Source: Chlorokybus atmophyticus
Taxonomy: Eukaryota; Plantae; Mesostigma and Chlorokybus algae
Length of the DNA: 64,000 bases
Reading direction: 5' to 3'
NCBI GenBank assembly: GCA_009103225.1
Contig: RHPI01001116.1
Coordinates: 825,267-889,266 of the forward strand
In this document: positions 41,088 to 55,822 of the stretch, in pieces
Layout: each line of letters begins with the position of its first letter
How positions within the stretch are numbered: the first letter of the stretch is position 1
The notes under the pieces: generated by a model
Told to the model about the DNA's origin: nothing
What the model saw: the letters and a program-made list of their open reading frames with translations, nothing else
Database searches by the model: none
Translations under genes and position numbers: made by a program

Positions 41088-44000
41088 ATGAGAGAGAAGG
41101 ACACGTTTCTGATAGGCCGTGCTATGCAGAAAATGTGGAAGAAAAGCAATAGTAGTCTAGGTGCGTGTGCTGGTTGGGCTGCTCTCAAACATTGTGTTAG
41201 CAAAAACCGAAGACAGTTCAGTTTCATTTACTGCATGTGGACGAAACGAAGCGTTCTCAAACAGGCAAGATAACACGCACACTTTAAATATGCAGTTGTT
41301 TTGTCTTACAAGCAGGTAATCAACTCGCTAACCCGGAGGAGCTGACCAACCAGAAAAGGCATTGGGCACTCACTCATCGTGAGGTGGGTGATTGCACAAG
41401 TAGCAGCAAGTGCACAATTGCATTTGTGTTATTTCTGGAGCGTGCAACTGCATGTGTCGAGCGCAGCCGTCTTTTGTGGTTTCATGCAATTCTGTTGTTG
41501 CCAACGCTCAAATTCAATCCAGGATTATATCCAATTTTGCTATAGTTTTCTTTTCTCGCTTAATTGGTGATGAAGTTTTCTGATCGCTTCCACCACACCG
41601 GTGCAGGAAGCTAAGCAACGTGCGCGGTTGTCCCCAGAGCGGTGTTTTGAGTATTTTGTGGTGACCGGCCTGCCCCCTGATACTGATATCAACCAGGTCT
41701 TTTCCACTATACTATCACACCAGTTGCAAACATGAAGCTTGCGCTTGAGTGCTGACTTCGTGCATTGCAGGTGCATGCAGAGCTGGTACGCTGTGCAGAA
41801 GACAATGAGAAGAGCCATCGCAGGCATCGTGGCTATCAGGGGTATATCGGGCCCTCCTACCCGGCTGAGGTATGTTTTGTAGCAGTACTGATGAAGAGTG
41901 CGTTGCGTTATTTGTTCGTACAGGTATATTTGCGAACACATGGGATCTATTCCAGGTGCTGTTCGTATATCCTCCCACAAAGAAGTTGGAAGTGGCCAAC
42001 ATAGCAGAGTTCACATTCCCGGATGGCGTGGAGGTAAGTTGGTGTGCAGGGCGCTGGCTAGAATGTAGGTTGGGCTGGCTTTGTCTCATCCAGCTGTTGG
42101 CGGTTTTCAGCCTCATGCATTGGAGCGCACTCCGTCCATGAGCGAGCTCAACGAGGTTATCTATGGACAGGTACAGTGGTGTGTGTGGCAATCTTCAGTT
42201 TTCACAGATTGTGTGGTGCAATGCTGCGTTCATGTACTCACTGTCATTGTGCTGGTACCATCACGTGTGTACTAACATTTGCTTGCTGATAGAGCCATTT
42301 GAATAGAGATGACCAAGCTTTGGTCTTTCTCCTCAACTACCCAAGCCCTCAGCCACTCTGGGGAGTATGTGTTCTGATTCAAGAGATGGTGCATCGTCCG
42401 CCATCTGTTGCATCATACTGCAGGTGGTTTGCTGTTGCCGTATTCAGTATGTCTGTCGGCTTCTCACTTATGACGACTCATTTTCATTGTTGCGATAACG
42501 CGGTGCAGCACGCCTGTAACCAATCCACCCTTGAGCAAGCACCTCCTTGCAGCGCCAAGAGCTTACTGCCTGTTGACGCATGTGCCATTCTTCCCCTTGC
42601 ACTTTGAGCTTCTACACAGGTTTGCTGCTGTCCATTCTGATACCTGTGCTCAGTGTTTGCTCACGAATTGGGGTGTACGAGGTAGTGTGTGCCGATTGCT
42701 GTCTTTGTGTGCAGCATACTTGCACAAGAACGACTGGATCGCATCAAGGACTGCGTGCAGGAGTTGATGACAATGCAGTCACCAGGCGCAGTGATTGGAC
42801 GGTGAGTAGGTGTATCACAGCATAGCAAGCGATGTGCACATGCACAGCAACAGTGCGAATTGCGCGCATTGTGCTGTCGTGTGAGAGTGCTCTGGCAGCA
42901 GGCGCGGCGGGCACCATCGGCGCACGGCGTCAAGTCCGCTGCTGAGGTCGCCGACTGCAGCCAAGCAAGGCATGTGGGGCGCTGGTTCACAACATGACGA
43001 TAGCGGCAGCGACTCTGAAGGTCACGCGGATGTTGAGGATGATCAGGCAAGTGCAGAGTACAACTGCGCACACAAATCGCGCTGTTAGTGAATGCATGCA
43101 CTCTCTCACAACAGTCTTGCCTCAGCAGCTTGTACCAAGCAGTGTTGATTGCAATGTTGTGAATGAACGATCTGTTGTTACAGCCAAGACCAACACGGAC
43201 TCGAGCACCAACCTATAGCAGCACTTCCCCAGTACCCGCCGCTCCAAGGCCACAAGACCTTCAGACCGTGCAACGTGCAGTGTCCGAAGGTGCTGTGCCT
43301 AAGCATGAGCCGGCCCTGCAACATGCAACAAGAGTCCAGATGTCCACCGAAGCAAGCGTCTCAGAAGCACCCTTCCTGGAGGTATGGCGGTGTTGCAGTT
43401 GCTCTGTGCTGACTCTGAGGCGCTAAATCATGCAATGGGTTTTGCAGAACCCAGAAGCCATGAAAAGCAAGGCAGAGTCAGTCCCTGCATCCCTGCCCAG
43501 CAGACAGATCGTCCCCGTTGCCAACCCGCCAGCTGCGCCTCCTGATGCCCCTCAAGTCGTGGCTGACGGGCCTGAGACTTTACCAGTTGCAGCCAAGGCC
43601 AGGCTATTCCAGGTGCCAGCTGGCTGTTGTGCGTTGTTCCGTGTGTCTTTACAATTCAATGTAACAGTACTGTTCTCACACGGTCAAGGCACTGAAGTAG
43701 GTTTCTTCTATTGCACAGGCCAAGGCGGAACAAGCAGCAACGCCTCCTGCTGCTGTGCATGAGGCCGAGAGCACACGGCCCGTGCTAAAACGTGTGAGCC
43801 CAACTTCCACAATCAACCCGCAGTGGGCCAAACGGCCTTCTGAGTCTGCACCTGTGGAGCCTTCTGTGGGTTCCAACCCACGGCGTGTTAGTCCCACCTC
43901 CGACAACCTGCAGTGGGGCAACAATGTTGTGAACGTACCTGCGTCCAGCATTGTGCAAAAGAAGTGGGTGAAGGTTGATGGCAAATGGGTTCAGAAAGAG

Positions 44001-46223
44001 GTAAAGCTGGACGGTGCTTCCAAACCGCCCTCTGGTAAGTCAGACTTTCCCAGGCCGCCCTCAAGCAGGGTAGATCAACGCCAGACACGCGGGGAGCCAG
44101 GTTCGCTGCAGGATGCACGCGTGGACCGCGAGCGTCCCACACGGGTGAGCGAGGCAAAACCCGACACGGGACGACAGAACTATCACTTTGCTGCGCCCTT
44201 ACCCCACAGCCGCCTGCACCACGAAGCCATGTCGCTGTCCGACTCGCACGTGCTATCCGCAGAGGATGTTGGCATCTTGCGGCAAGTCTCTGGTATGCGT
44301 GCGCGTGCTGTTTGGCACATGACAGCGTTGGATGTGAGCTGGCGAATGACTTGTTGCAGTAAGTCCCTTGCAAACGCTGAACTTCTGCCTTGTGTTTGCT
44401 GGGCTTGCAGAGAATGGTGAAGACGAGCTCATGCTGCCAATGCCTCCGGACCCAAGCTTGCGGTGAGCAGCTTTGTAGACATCAACGCATGTGTACCGCA
44501 CTGCTTTTAGCGAGGCTTTTGTCAACCTGTTTGGCGCTGCTGTATCTCCCATCAGGCACATTGGTGTTGACAGAGTGTCGGGGAGAAAGCGAGCCGATGC
44601 TGTTGCGAAGAGCCGGCTCTCTAGTGAAAACCACAGTCAAACGCCAACAGAGTCTGGCATAAGGACAGAAGGACGCACGGTGGGCTTCCAAATTGATGAG
44701 GATGGTGTGGACGCCAACAATGCAGGTGTGTCCTGTAGCTTATACAGTGTTGGCAACAAAGAGATAGCCTGCTGGCGGCGTGCAAGTGTTTGTGTGGTGC
44801 TGAATCCACGTGTGATGCAGAGAGCTTGAACGGCTCCCTTCCTGATGCGCAAGTGCATGAGGATGCTGGAAATCTGCGCAGCGACAGCTACACGGGCTCT
44901 GAGCCGGATGGGCATGCAAGCAGTACCGGGCCTAGCACGCCGCTGCCCGATGACACCACCTTCTCAGACGCGCTAAAAGTAATAACCTCATACTACCAGG
45001 TAGTGTACACTGGCATGCCGTTTGTTGAGACACTCTGCAAGCATGCCGGTTACTTTCTAATTGTTTTGCTTTCCTGTGCTGCCAGGCATCAGTGCCAGCA
45101 CCTGGTGAGATGCTGACATTCCAACCGCTAGAGCACTTACCGTCGTTGCACTATCGGCGGCCAAACTTGCCGCCTGCGCTTGCCAATGCTGCTCACCACA
45201 CACACCATGATGATGTCAGCACTATCGTCTTGGAAGAGGAGGCTGGCGCTATCTCTAGCTGGGCTGCTGCCGCTCTTTGCCGTGCGCTGTCCCTTGATAA
45301 TGTAAGCTTCTGTGTGTACAGTAATGCATCACTCTATGTGCATCATGACAGTTTGCCGGATTGCTAGGTGCTGGCGTTGTTGGTTGGTCTCCTATTAGAG
45401 AAGCAAATTGTTGTCATTCATCCCAACCTGGGCGTGTTGACTGCTGTGGTGTTGGCGGTGGTTCCTCTGCTACGACCGCTTCAGGTACTTTGCATCAGGT
45501 AGTTGTCGCAAGCAATGTCACCAGCATTCGTGTGCGCTGACTGCCAGTCCTTCATTTGGCTGCAGTGGCATTCGCTGTTGCTGCCGATTCTGCCATCCAG
45601 CATGCTGAGTTTTATGGACGCGCCGGTGCCGTTCATTGTGGGTGTGCAGCACAAGTCTCCTGAAGTGCGTCAACGAGCGAGCTCGCTGATGCGCGTGAAC
45701 GTGTACAAAGACAGGGTCGGTGCCAAGTGCTTGCACGTCGCCATCTGAAGTCTCAGCGTGTGGAAGTGAGGTTAACAGCTGCAATGGTGCAGGTGACAAT
45801 GCCAAGTTGTCCAGAGCTACCGAGGCGGAAACAGCTTGCTGCGGACATGCAAGAGTTCTATCAACGGTTGGCACGCAGTGAGACCACTGGAGCAAATCGG
45901 CCCGTGAGTGCGGTAAGAGGATAATTATGGTGGACACACACATGTTGTCAAGGAAGCTCCCTCACTCCTATTGTCTTGTTCAGGGCCAAGCGGCTGCTGC
46001 TGTGGGGTTGTGCAAAGTGGTGCGAAAGTATTTGGAGTCTCTGTTTGAGAACTTGCGGGCGCATACCATCACGGATGTACAGAACACCAATGAGAAGATC
46101 TCCTTGTTGCTGAAAGAAAGCTTCATAGACAGCTTCTCCTCCAGGGAGCGGCCCTTCATGAAACTGTTTGTCAACACAAGCATGTTTGAAGTACACTCAG
46201 ACACTTTGCTTAGTAACTACTGA
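41088..46223 (+). CDS. DENN domain protein (uDENN-DENN-dDENN Rab GEF), multi-exon
   Basis: FEYFVVTGLPP, VLFVYPP..IAEFTFPDGV, ERTPSMSELNEVIYGQ, APRAYCLLTHVPFFPLHFELL, GLLLEKQIVVIHPNLGVL, LLPILPSSMLSFMDAPVPFIVGV, SLLLKESFIDSF..FMKLFVNTSMF. Start approximate. Confidence 0.92.
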
Positions 46224-46647
46224 CACAGTTGCCGCATCTGTAGATAGGTGGATACGCCCGTACATACGCTCTGCTAGACAATGTCATTGTTTTATTGACC
46301 GGCCGTTAGCACAGAATGTGAGTAGGGCTGCTGCAGCGCTCACACTTTGCCTTGCCCGGGGTTGTAAGTATACAAGATATGTGAAGTGCTGTTTCACACA
46401 GGCATGCAACATCCATCTACAGCAATACTACATCATCACCTCTATACAAGGGTTCACACTATTATCACCAGGCTAACATAACTTTCACAAGAGTTGCTAA
46501 AAGCAAACTCCCCAAGCGGACATCTACTGTACTATTACTATTGCTCCACGTATGCGTGCAGTCTATTGTGCTTGAACCATGTTGCAGTGAAACATCAAGC
46601 ATCGTATTGAAGTTCAGACCACACTGCGTTTGCTTGTACAATCCCCC

Positions 46648-46899
46648 NNNNNNNNNNNNNNNNNNNNNNNNNNNNNNNNNNNNNNNNNNNNNNNNNNNNN
46701 NNNNNNNNNNNNNNNNNNNNNNNNNNNNNNNNNNNNNNNNNNNNNNNNNNNNNNNNNNNNNNNNNNNNNNNNNNNNNNNNNNNNNNNNNNNNNNNNNNNN
46801 NNNNNNNNNNNNNNNNNNNNNNNNNNNNNNNNNNNNNNNNNNNNNNNNNNNNNNNNNNNNNNNNNNNNNNNNNNNNNNNNNNNNNNNNNNNNNNNNNNN
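46648..46899. other. Assembly gap
   Basis: N run flanked by C-rich tracts. Confidence 0.95.
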
Positions 46900-47283
46900 C
46901 TTCCCTCCCCTTGACATAAGCCCCCCACCCGTTTCTACCGGTACATCAGTGCCCATCAACCAAAGTGCTCATATTTACACACGGGGGAGGGTGGACTGCT
47001 TACGTTTTGACCTTGGAGATTGTGTTTGGGTAGGTTGCACATCGCAACATCATGATATACGTAGACACATGTTCATAAGACTTGTACCAAGATGCAAGTA
47101 CCTTAACTATGCAGTATTCGGATTGATCAAGGTAACTCCGCATGAAGTACACTTCTGCACTTGAAAAGAAGACTCACGAAGCTCCAACCGGCTTATATGG
47201 CCCCCGAGCTTTGTTATTGAGGTGACTTGTCAACGAGGGGGGCACAGCGCAGAAGTGAGCTTTTGTGAGTGCTCGCATCATAT

Positions 47284-47285
<2 letters not shown>

Positions 47286-47351
<66 letters not shown>
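47286..47351. repeat. (AG)n microsatellite
   Basis: About 32 AG units followed by a single N at ~47373. Confidence 0.95.
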
Positions 47352-47357
<6 letters not shown>

Positions 47358-47964
47358 GCGAAGGCGCAGGGNTATGCATCGCATGTGACTCTCGTTGTAC
47401 TCTAGTTGTACTGACACGATGAGTGAGTTGTAATACCATCCTCAATGGCAAACAAGATATACTTGTTCAGCTTATCATGTTAAACATTGCCGCATTGATG
47501 GTGATCAACATTTTGGTATTGCTTAAAAACCGTTTTGTATTAATCTGTAAATTAGAACATCTTGTAACCCTAATAGTATAGTATAGTATAGTATACAGCA
47601 TCGCTCACCACATTTAAGCGCTCACCCCCCTCTCTGCAAGTTGTTGTTGGCCCTGCCTTTACATACCACTTTGTCGCACCTGTCATTCGCAATTGCATCG
47701 CATTACACGCACATGCATATGAATTGTGGGTTGACATCTAGCATAGGCATGGTACACAACTAATGGATTGGGGCTAATTAATCAAGACAGCAAGCACACA
47801 ACACATCCGAGCTTAATAACACAGCGCATGCAAGGGCAGGACAGCGGGGCTCCACCAAGCTATAGCTAAGTGCACTAGCTATAGACTGGAGGAGGAATGG
47901 GGGTAAAGGGAAGGGGCATACTATGCGGTAGTCTCTGCGGCCGTCTAGCTCTCTGCGGCAATCC

Positions 47965-48736
47965 NNNNNNNNNNNNNNNNNNNNNNNNNNNNNNNNNNNN
48001 NNNNNNNNNNNNNNNNNNNNNNNNNNNNNNNNNNNNNNNNNNNNNNNNNNNNNNNNNNNNNNNNNNNNNNNNNNNNNNNNNNNNNNNNNNNNNNNNNNNN
48101 NNNNNNNNNNNNNNNNNNNNNNNNNNNNNNNNNNNNNNNNNNNNNNNNNNNNNNNNNNNNNNNNNNNNNNNNNNNNNNNNNNNNNNNNNNNNNNNNNNNN
48201 NNNNNNNNNNNNNNNNNNNNNNNNNNNNNNNNNNNNNNNNNNNNNNNNNNNNNNNNNNNNNNNNNNNNNNNNNNNNNNNNNNNNNNNNNNNNNNNNNNNN
48301 NNNNNNNNNNNNNNNNNNNNNNNNNNNNNNNNNNNNNNNNNNNNNNNNNNNNNNNNNNNNNNNNNNNNNNNNNNNNNNNNNNNNNNNNNNNNNNNNNNNN
48401 NNNNNNNNNNNNNNNNNNNNNNNNNNNNNNNNNNNNNNNNNNNNNNNNNNNNNNNNNNNNNNNNNNNNNNNNNNNNNNNNNNNNNNNNNNNNNNNNNNNN
48501 NNNNNNNNNNNNNNNNNNNNNNNNNNNNNNNNNNNNNNNNNNNNNNNNNNNNNNNNNNNNNNNNNNNNNNNNNNNNNNNNNNNNNNNNNNNNNNNNNNNN
48601 NNNNNNNNNNNNNNNNNNNNNNNNNNNNNNNNNNNNNNNNNNNNNNNNNNNNNNNNNNNNNNNNNNNNNNNNNNNNNNNNNNNNNNNNNNNNNNNNNNNN
48701 NNNNNNNNNNNNNNNNNNNNNNNNNNNNNNNNNNNN
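47965..48736. other. Assembly gap with the same 9-mer CGGCAATCC on both flanks
   Basis: 47956-47964 and 48737-48745 are identical, followed by poly-C. The true gap may be much shorter than the N run. Confidence 0.85.
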
Positions 48737-49963
48737 CGGCAATCCCCCCCCATGCCTCGTTGAAACTTCTAATCAATGTCAAGCATTTTGCTTATTTTGT
48801 ATAATTACCATGCTTAGATTATGATATTACAACTTAATGTGCTAAGTAGACTGAACAGCGTTGCGTCAACACATCAATTGAAGTCGCTTTGATCTGTTAT
48901 TTATTTTATTATTAATTATGGTAGATTACACATAACATATCATATATAGTGCATATAACTGCTGAAGACTGCAATTGGATTAGGTACGATGTTACTACAT
49001 ATTTTATATAACGAGAAGGGGGTGGCAACTTGTCAACGAATTCGATTGCATATCATAAAACAGGAAGATTTGCATAATGTCATGTTCATTACGTCAACAA
49101 GATAATGGCATCATAATACAATGTAAAGGATGTGTAGTCGCTAAGCGAATATAAATTACGTTGATCAACATAGCAATTGCAACACACTACACTGTGCCGT
49201 CTCTTGATGTAAACATCATCATGGGATAGCCAGATTATTGTATCTAACCATGACCCGTCAAAAATGGATAGCAACAAGCTCACTTGTTGATGGTGTACAA
49301 CACACGCAACGAGTAAAATAAATCCTTGTATACAATTTGTCTCCATTGGCAAGCTTACTTACATTGTACGTCGTGCCTTTTACTGCATTTTGAGTCTTCA
49401 ACTTGAATTGCACGGTGGTATGAAGCGAAGTTCATAGCAAAGTAAAGTCATTGCCATGTACCAAGGTAAACTGCTGGTACATCAAACAGCAGGGCTTGCA
49501 TGACATTCATGCCTGCCAGCGTATCACCAATGGTGATGATCAGCCGTGGCCATTGTCATTGTGCACGACCACTGGCGGGTTGACCGACTGAAGGCCAGCC
49601 AAGCTGATGGAAACTCATCATGGACGGCATGCGTCGGATTGGGCGGCGGAGTGCGCACCAGCTCGGCCGCAGTTGGCAAAAGATTCCGTCATTCCGTTAC
49701 GCCGCACTGCCGCCGCGATACGCGTCCCACCTGTATCCGGGTTACCATGCATCGGCTCCGGTGCTGCACACCACTGGTGAACCACCAGCTAGAGGCGGCG
49801 GTGGCGGTGGTGGCGGAGGAGGAGGAGGACGAGGAGCAGGACAAGAAGGAAGAGCAGGACTAGGACCGGTTGACGAGGACGAGGACCGCATGACACAGCC
49901 GGTTTCAAGGATGGGCGTTGCTGCAGTGTAGGCGGTTTTGGGGAGTCTGGGCGGCTCTCAGGC

Positions 49964-52424
49964 ATGGCGGGGGCAATGGGGTCGGCTCGGGCCCCGGCGG
50001 CGCCTTCGTGCCATGTCGCCCTGACCGGAAGCACGTTTTTGCAACCTGCTACGCCGCTCAGGCCCAGCACACGCAGGAGCAAGCGGCCGCAACATACGGG
50101 TTCCTCCCGCACGCACATAGCAGCTGCAGCAGCCCAGAAGTAAGCATTGCTTTATTGCCTTCCTGCTCCCAAAGCTTGAACCTCTCACTGGCTAGATGTT
50201 GTTCCCGCATTGTAGCCAAACAAACAGTTGACACAATGCGCCTTAGCAGCATTGCATGCTTGCCAGCCAGTGCCAAGCAACCTTGCAACGCTGTCATGTG
50301 TCAATGCTTGCGCCAGCATTCCACTTTGGTACGCGTTGGGTTTGTATGTGCTCGCAGTAGAACAATGCCGCATTCTGCAAGTCGAATGCAAGGTAGCAGT
50401 GAACTGTGAACTGACAGCAATGTGTGTCCTTGTTGTTGTTATTGTCACACAGTGGTCTTGTTGGAGTGAGGCTGGTGGGATCGGGTTCGGCTGTGCCGAC
50501 GCAGGTGTTGAGCAATGAGGATCTGTCGCAAGTGGTGGACACCAACGATGAATGGATCCGCACGCGCACAGGCATACGCAGCAGACGCATACTACCGGAG
50601 ACCTCGACACTTGCCGAACTCGCCACACAGTCCGCACTTCAGGTGTGTTAATTGTGCCCACCACAGCCCACCACAGCTGCATTGTGTCGTTCTCATGTTT
50701 CATGCTTGTTTGTTGATTGAACAACTTGCAGGCTTTGAGTATGGCCAATGTCACGGCTGAAGAAGTGGACATGGTGATTTTGTGCACGTCTACACCTGAT
50801 GACTTGTTTGGATCCGCTTGCCAGGTATGATGGAAAACATTTCTCAAAAATGTGCAAAAACTTGAACACCAAGTTGCCACAACAGTTTCAATTGGATATT
50901 GTTGTGGCATTCATAAAAGATAAGAAGTAAGCGGTTATGTTTTTACCCATTGCAACAACCACATCACTGAGTATCTAGGAATGTTCTTTTGGTGCTTAAA
51001 GTTTTGCAGTGGTTGATGATGATCTGGATACCCAAGTCTGGATGGCAATGTCACACTGATTGAACACACACTACACGGTGGTCATCAACCATATTTGCAA
51101 TGCGCGCAGATTCAAACAAGCATTGGCGCTAAGAATGCTGTCGCATTTGATCTGACCGCAGCGTGCAGCGGCTTCGTGTTGGGGCTCGTGACGGGTTCTC
51201 AGTACATACAATGTATGAGAGTCCTGCTTTACACACAGGCATAATGCATATCTGTGTGTGCGAAAGCGCAATTACTTTACAATGTTGGTGTACAATCACA
51301 GGTGGGGGCTACAAGAATGTTCTGGTTGTTGGTGCTGACTGTTTATCACGGTATGTTGACTGGACGGATCGCGGCACTTGCATTCTATTTGGAGATGGGT
51401 CGGGCGCTGTTTTGCTGCAGGTAATCGACCACAAATATATATCACCCAGAAACTGTGTCTGTGCTGGCCCGCATCTATTGTTGAAAGGGCCACACTGCAA
51501 GAGTATTCAATGGGCAGGCGTCTGAGGGAGACACTGGCGTCATTGCGTTCGACCTTAGGAGTGATGGCGCGGGGCAAAGGTGTGTGCATGCATGCTCTTA
51601 CGGTCTGTGACAGGATCATGCACGTCTAGATTAGCAATCATAGTGCAGCATGCGTGGGCAAGTTGTGGACAAGGTGTTGCATGGATGCAGTTGTAGTGGA
51701 GTTGGTTAAGCAGACCATTCTTGCAGGCATCTGCTCGCAAAGTACACTGTGGATGGCGGCCAGAAGATCAACTGCACAGCAACTGTTGGGAAGGGGAAGT
51801 ACGCTAATATACACATGAGTGGGCAAGACGTGTTCAAGTTTGCTGTGCGAGCAGTGCCGGATGTAAGTGATAGTGATTGTTGTCTAAGTCAAGGTGTTGA
51901 GGCTTCCTACTGTTACGTTAAGCAGCGGTTGAGCTTTCAGCACTGACATGTGCATTGCTCGGTTGCAATTGCTTATGCAGTTTTGCATGCAGGTTGTGGC
52001 TCGGGCGCTGCAAAAAGCCAACATGACAGCTGATGATATAGACTGGTTGCTGCTACATCAGGTGAGTCCGTGTTTCGTGCATCAGCGCTACCTTGGTTGA
52101 AAACGAGACAACACTCCTTGCAATCCACCTGTGTGTTGATAATAAGCTACCAGCACGCGTATCATCACATGGATTGCTGATGTATGCCTTGTGCATATAC
52201 AGGCCAACCAGCGGATCCTGGATTCCGCGGCGGACAAGTTGAAGATATCGAGGGAGAAGGTGATTTCGAACTTGGCAAACTATGGCAACACGAGCTCTGC
52301 ATCAATACCACTTGCGTTGGACGAGGCCGTGCGTGCGGGCCAAGTCAAGGCCGGCGACACCCTTGCCATCGCTGGCTTTGGGGCGGGACTCTCCTGGTGC
52401 TCGGCCATAGTCAAATGGGGATAG
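49964..52424 (+). CDS. fabH/KAS3: Plastid 3-ketoacyl-ACP synthase III
   Basis: Transit peptide, then [34 protein letters not shown], catalytic [61 protein letters not shown]. Confidence 0.97.
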
Positions 52425-53016
52425 ATACATACATACATTGATTGCTGCCAGCTATTGATGGTTCACGTGGTTTGGCCTTTTTTAAGTGGCTTGCGAATGG
52501 CATGGGTTACGCAGAGTTTGGAGTGCGTGGCTACTATGTGAGGAGTGTTGTGTGGTGACTATCCATCGTCCGTTAAATTACATGTGTATCAGAGTAGCTC
52601 AGGACATAGAAGTCACGCTGAATGACATTCCCAGATACTCACTTACCAGCACACTTATCTGTTGTGTGTGTTGCACAGCCACATAACAGAGACCTGGCGC
52701 AAGCACTAAAGCAGTGACCTACTGTGGGTTGCATTATGCATGGCGCGTTGTGCTTCAAGTCAGTGCCTGAGAGCAGGCATGCAAACGAACACGACACGAC
52801 ATTTAGTCACCAGTGTTGGCCAAGCTGTTACCGCTCTGTGGGAAAAGGTTGAAATCAGCTTGTGCACCTTATCCAAACAAATGACTGTTACACCTTCAGT
52901 TCTGCAAGCGTTCATCCCTGCAATACAACCTACTCTCCGGTAAAGTGTACACTCCAATGCTGTATGTCCAACAGCAAAGTCAATCAACACCATTAGCCAA
53001 AGCTTGTACAAACTTC

Positions 53017-54978
53017 TCACGCTGTCAGATAGATTGGTTGCCACCCGCAAGCGTGCCGTCTGAGCTGCGCGGGAAGCTGCCCCTGCCACCACTCTTCATC
53101 AGGCAGTGCACCCGTAAGCGCAAGCACATTGGCAGTCGATTCCGTCGCAGCAATCCTCTTCAGCACCTAAACAGAACAGATGAGATGTGGTCTCACTTGA
53201 ACAAAAATATATCACTTGAATGGAGTGTTAGTGGCACTGACCCCCTCTTCATGAAATGTGCGCGCGATGGCGCCGAGGGCGAGTCTTGCATGTTGGGATC
53301 GAATAATTGTGTCATCGTGTGAACCATTTGAACCCAAATTGGCCAGGACTCTGCCTCCAGGCCGCAGTTTCCGTTTGATCCGTTGCCAAGCCACTTCTTC
53401 AGTCAGCTCGGATAACACCTCCCCGCCACTATATAAGTCCACTACAAGAACTGGCAGACCGACACAACAACCCGACATGAGTGATATGTTATGACTTATG
53501 CCCTATAACCCACCGACAGCAAACCACTCACTCGCAAAGCCGTCTCCTACTGGTGTGAAGTCAGATAGGGCATCGGCGACATTAATCTCAAGTGAGCCGC
53601 TTGCTTCGAGCGCAGCGAGGCCGAAGAAGGCTCTGGCAACTTGCACGACGCCCAAGTCGATCTCATAGCCAACGAGCTTACGCTCGGGCCAGACTGCGTT
53701 CACCACTCTGGCCGCAGTGCCTGCAGCCTAACAATGTCACTGATGCTGTATCACCCAAAGAAAATGTTGTTCATGTGGGTTGTTGATGATGAGCAACATT
53801 GACAACAGATGATTACCAGGCCGAGGAAGCCGATTGGTCCTTCAGGCACGAGAGGCGTGGCCACCGCCAGTGCATCCTGTGTTAAGGCCAACCATCAGCA
53901 GTAGGGAAGGCATAAAATATGCTAGGGTAGTTGATGCTTGCGTTCGGTTTGTAATCGTGCGCACACTCGCATGGGTATGCGTGTGCGCGCATGCATGTGA
54001 CATAGGGTATAAAGGCTAAGTGCAAGCTTGTGAAAAATGATTGCGAGTAGCTTCTCAGGTGCGCACACGCGTGTGCGCGCATTTTTGTGTACAATGCATG
54101 CGCATGCATGCGCCTGCATGTGTGCGCGCACACGTGTACGTGTGTTTGCACATGCACGCGTATGTGCGTGACCATGTAATTGTGTGATCACACACATACG
54201 CACACGCATGCGTATGGCTGTGATTGCTTACCCAGTAGTGTCCCGTGAACACCTCAGACGGTCTGTACACGCTGTGTGTTTTGCCAGAGTCATCAAGGAA
54301 CAGGTGCGTTGTTGCTGAGGCGGGTTCACTATAAACACCGGTTTCCTCTCCATCCTGTTCTTGCACAACCCTGATCTTGTTGTACGGAGTGTCCAAGCTG
54401 GCCAGCAGAACTGATTCACACCCTGCCCGTAACAACATTCACGAATGTCAATGGAGGTTGACATGCTTGACATGTTGCAAGTGATCATCATAATGTAGAC
54501 GTCAGTGTGATGTAAGAATGAGGCATACACCGTCCCTTACCGCATTTGCATGAACGTGCTCCCAAGCGAGGGTTGGCACGTCTTGCACTGATGGACCCAC
54601 ATTGGTTGATTGTTTTAGCTGGATTGTGGGATGCATGTGTCACATGCTGTGCATGTGCCCTCCGTCCCCACCTGGCTCAAGCCATGTGTCCAGCTGCTGT
54701 TCACCACATGACAAGCAGCGAGCAGGCGGAAGACGATGTCGATGATGGCGTGTCGTCTGCGAAGCACCTTCAGCGTGACGGCGCCTGCGTAGAGGCGGGG
54801 TTGGCGGCGACGTGGGCGGGCAGGAGGCGTGGGTGAGCAGCGGGCGTCGTCTAGAGGCGCTCCGACTGGGCGCCCCGGCTGCTCTCTGGTTGGCGCGTTG
54901 GCACGGTGAGGACACGATGGAGGAGAAAGCCGCAGGACGGCAGTGACATCGCCAACCTCGCCATGACGACGATGTCAC

Positions 54979-55009
<31 letters not shown>

Positions 55010-55011
55010 AT
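53017..55011 (-). CDS. Class I SAM-dependent methyltransferase (spermidine-synthase-like, plant uncharacterised family), probably organelle-targeted
   Basis: Six exons: LLASLDTPYNKIRVV..LFLDDSGKTHSVY..FTGHYWDALAVATPLVPEGPIGFLGLAAGTAAR..YEIDLGVVQVARAFFGL..VADAL..ILVVDLYSGG..LRPGGRVLANLG. Confidence 0.8.
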
Positions 55012-55822
55012 GCGAGCGGCTTCGTGTGCAGGTAGCTTGTAGTAAGCAACCGCACTCACAGTGTGCCTGCGTAGCCTATCAGTGCAGTGAAGTGTGGTAT
55101 ACCAAGTACTTTTTACTGTCATGCATGTTGGCCAACATGCTCACGGCAATCTTGTGCAAGCAATGTGCTACTGTTGGGCCAACCCACAACGTTGGGGTGC
55201 GGCGCTTTGGCACGAAACTCCCAAACAACATCAGCAACGTGCAGTGACAGGCCAACATCAGCTTACTGTACTTACTGTTTGTACTCATAGTACAACAGTA
55301 GGTACAGTACTAGCCACCACTCTAGCCTTGCGCGGGAGGGGGGGGGGAGGGGGGCAAAGTCAACCGACGAGTGGGTCCAAGGGACTTTAACCCCATGACA
55401 ATCCAATGCCTGCAAAGCGTAGCAAAGTGCAAGGGTTGGTCCGTGTGACCAGCTTTGCTTGTATGTGAGTGTGTTAACTATTGTGCGCTATTCAGACCTC
55501 AGCGCCCTCGCCAATGCCAGCATCGACTACTCAACAAACTGCTTGTTCGTACACAACAGATTGAAAACTCTTTGTCACACACAGCACCGATTTTTGTACA
55601 CAACATCAAAGGTAGATTAAAGGGAAGACGTTGGCTTGACTTTGGCTAAAGTAGGGTAGCCTAGCCACTGTGCGTTCAGACTCTTAGGTGAGCTAAACAT
55701 GCATAACTTCAGTATGTACACGATAATCCAAATTTGCCGTTGCCCGACCACACGCCACTTGAACTCAGCGAGTGTGCTCAAGTGTTCAACGGCACCTTTG
55801 CACGCTCTATTTGTGCGAACAA

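Noticed and set aside
46465-48782. Long ORFs spanning N runs (also 2337-2900 and 10945-11190)
   Set aside because: Artefacts of translating assembly gaps.
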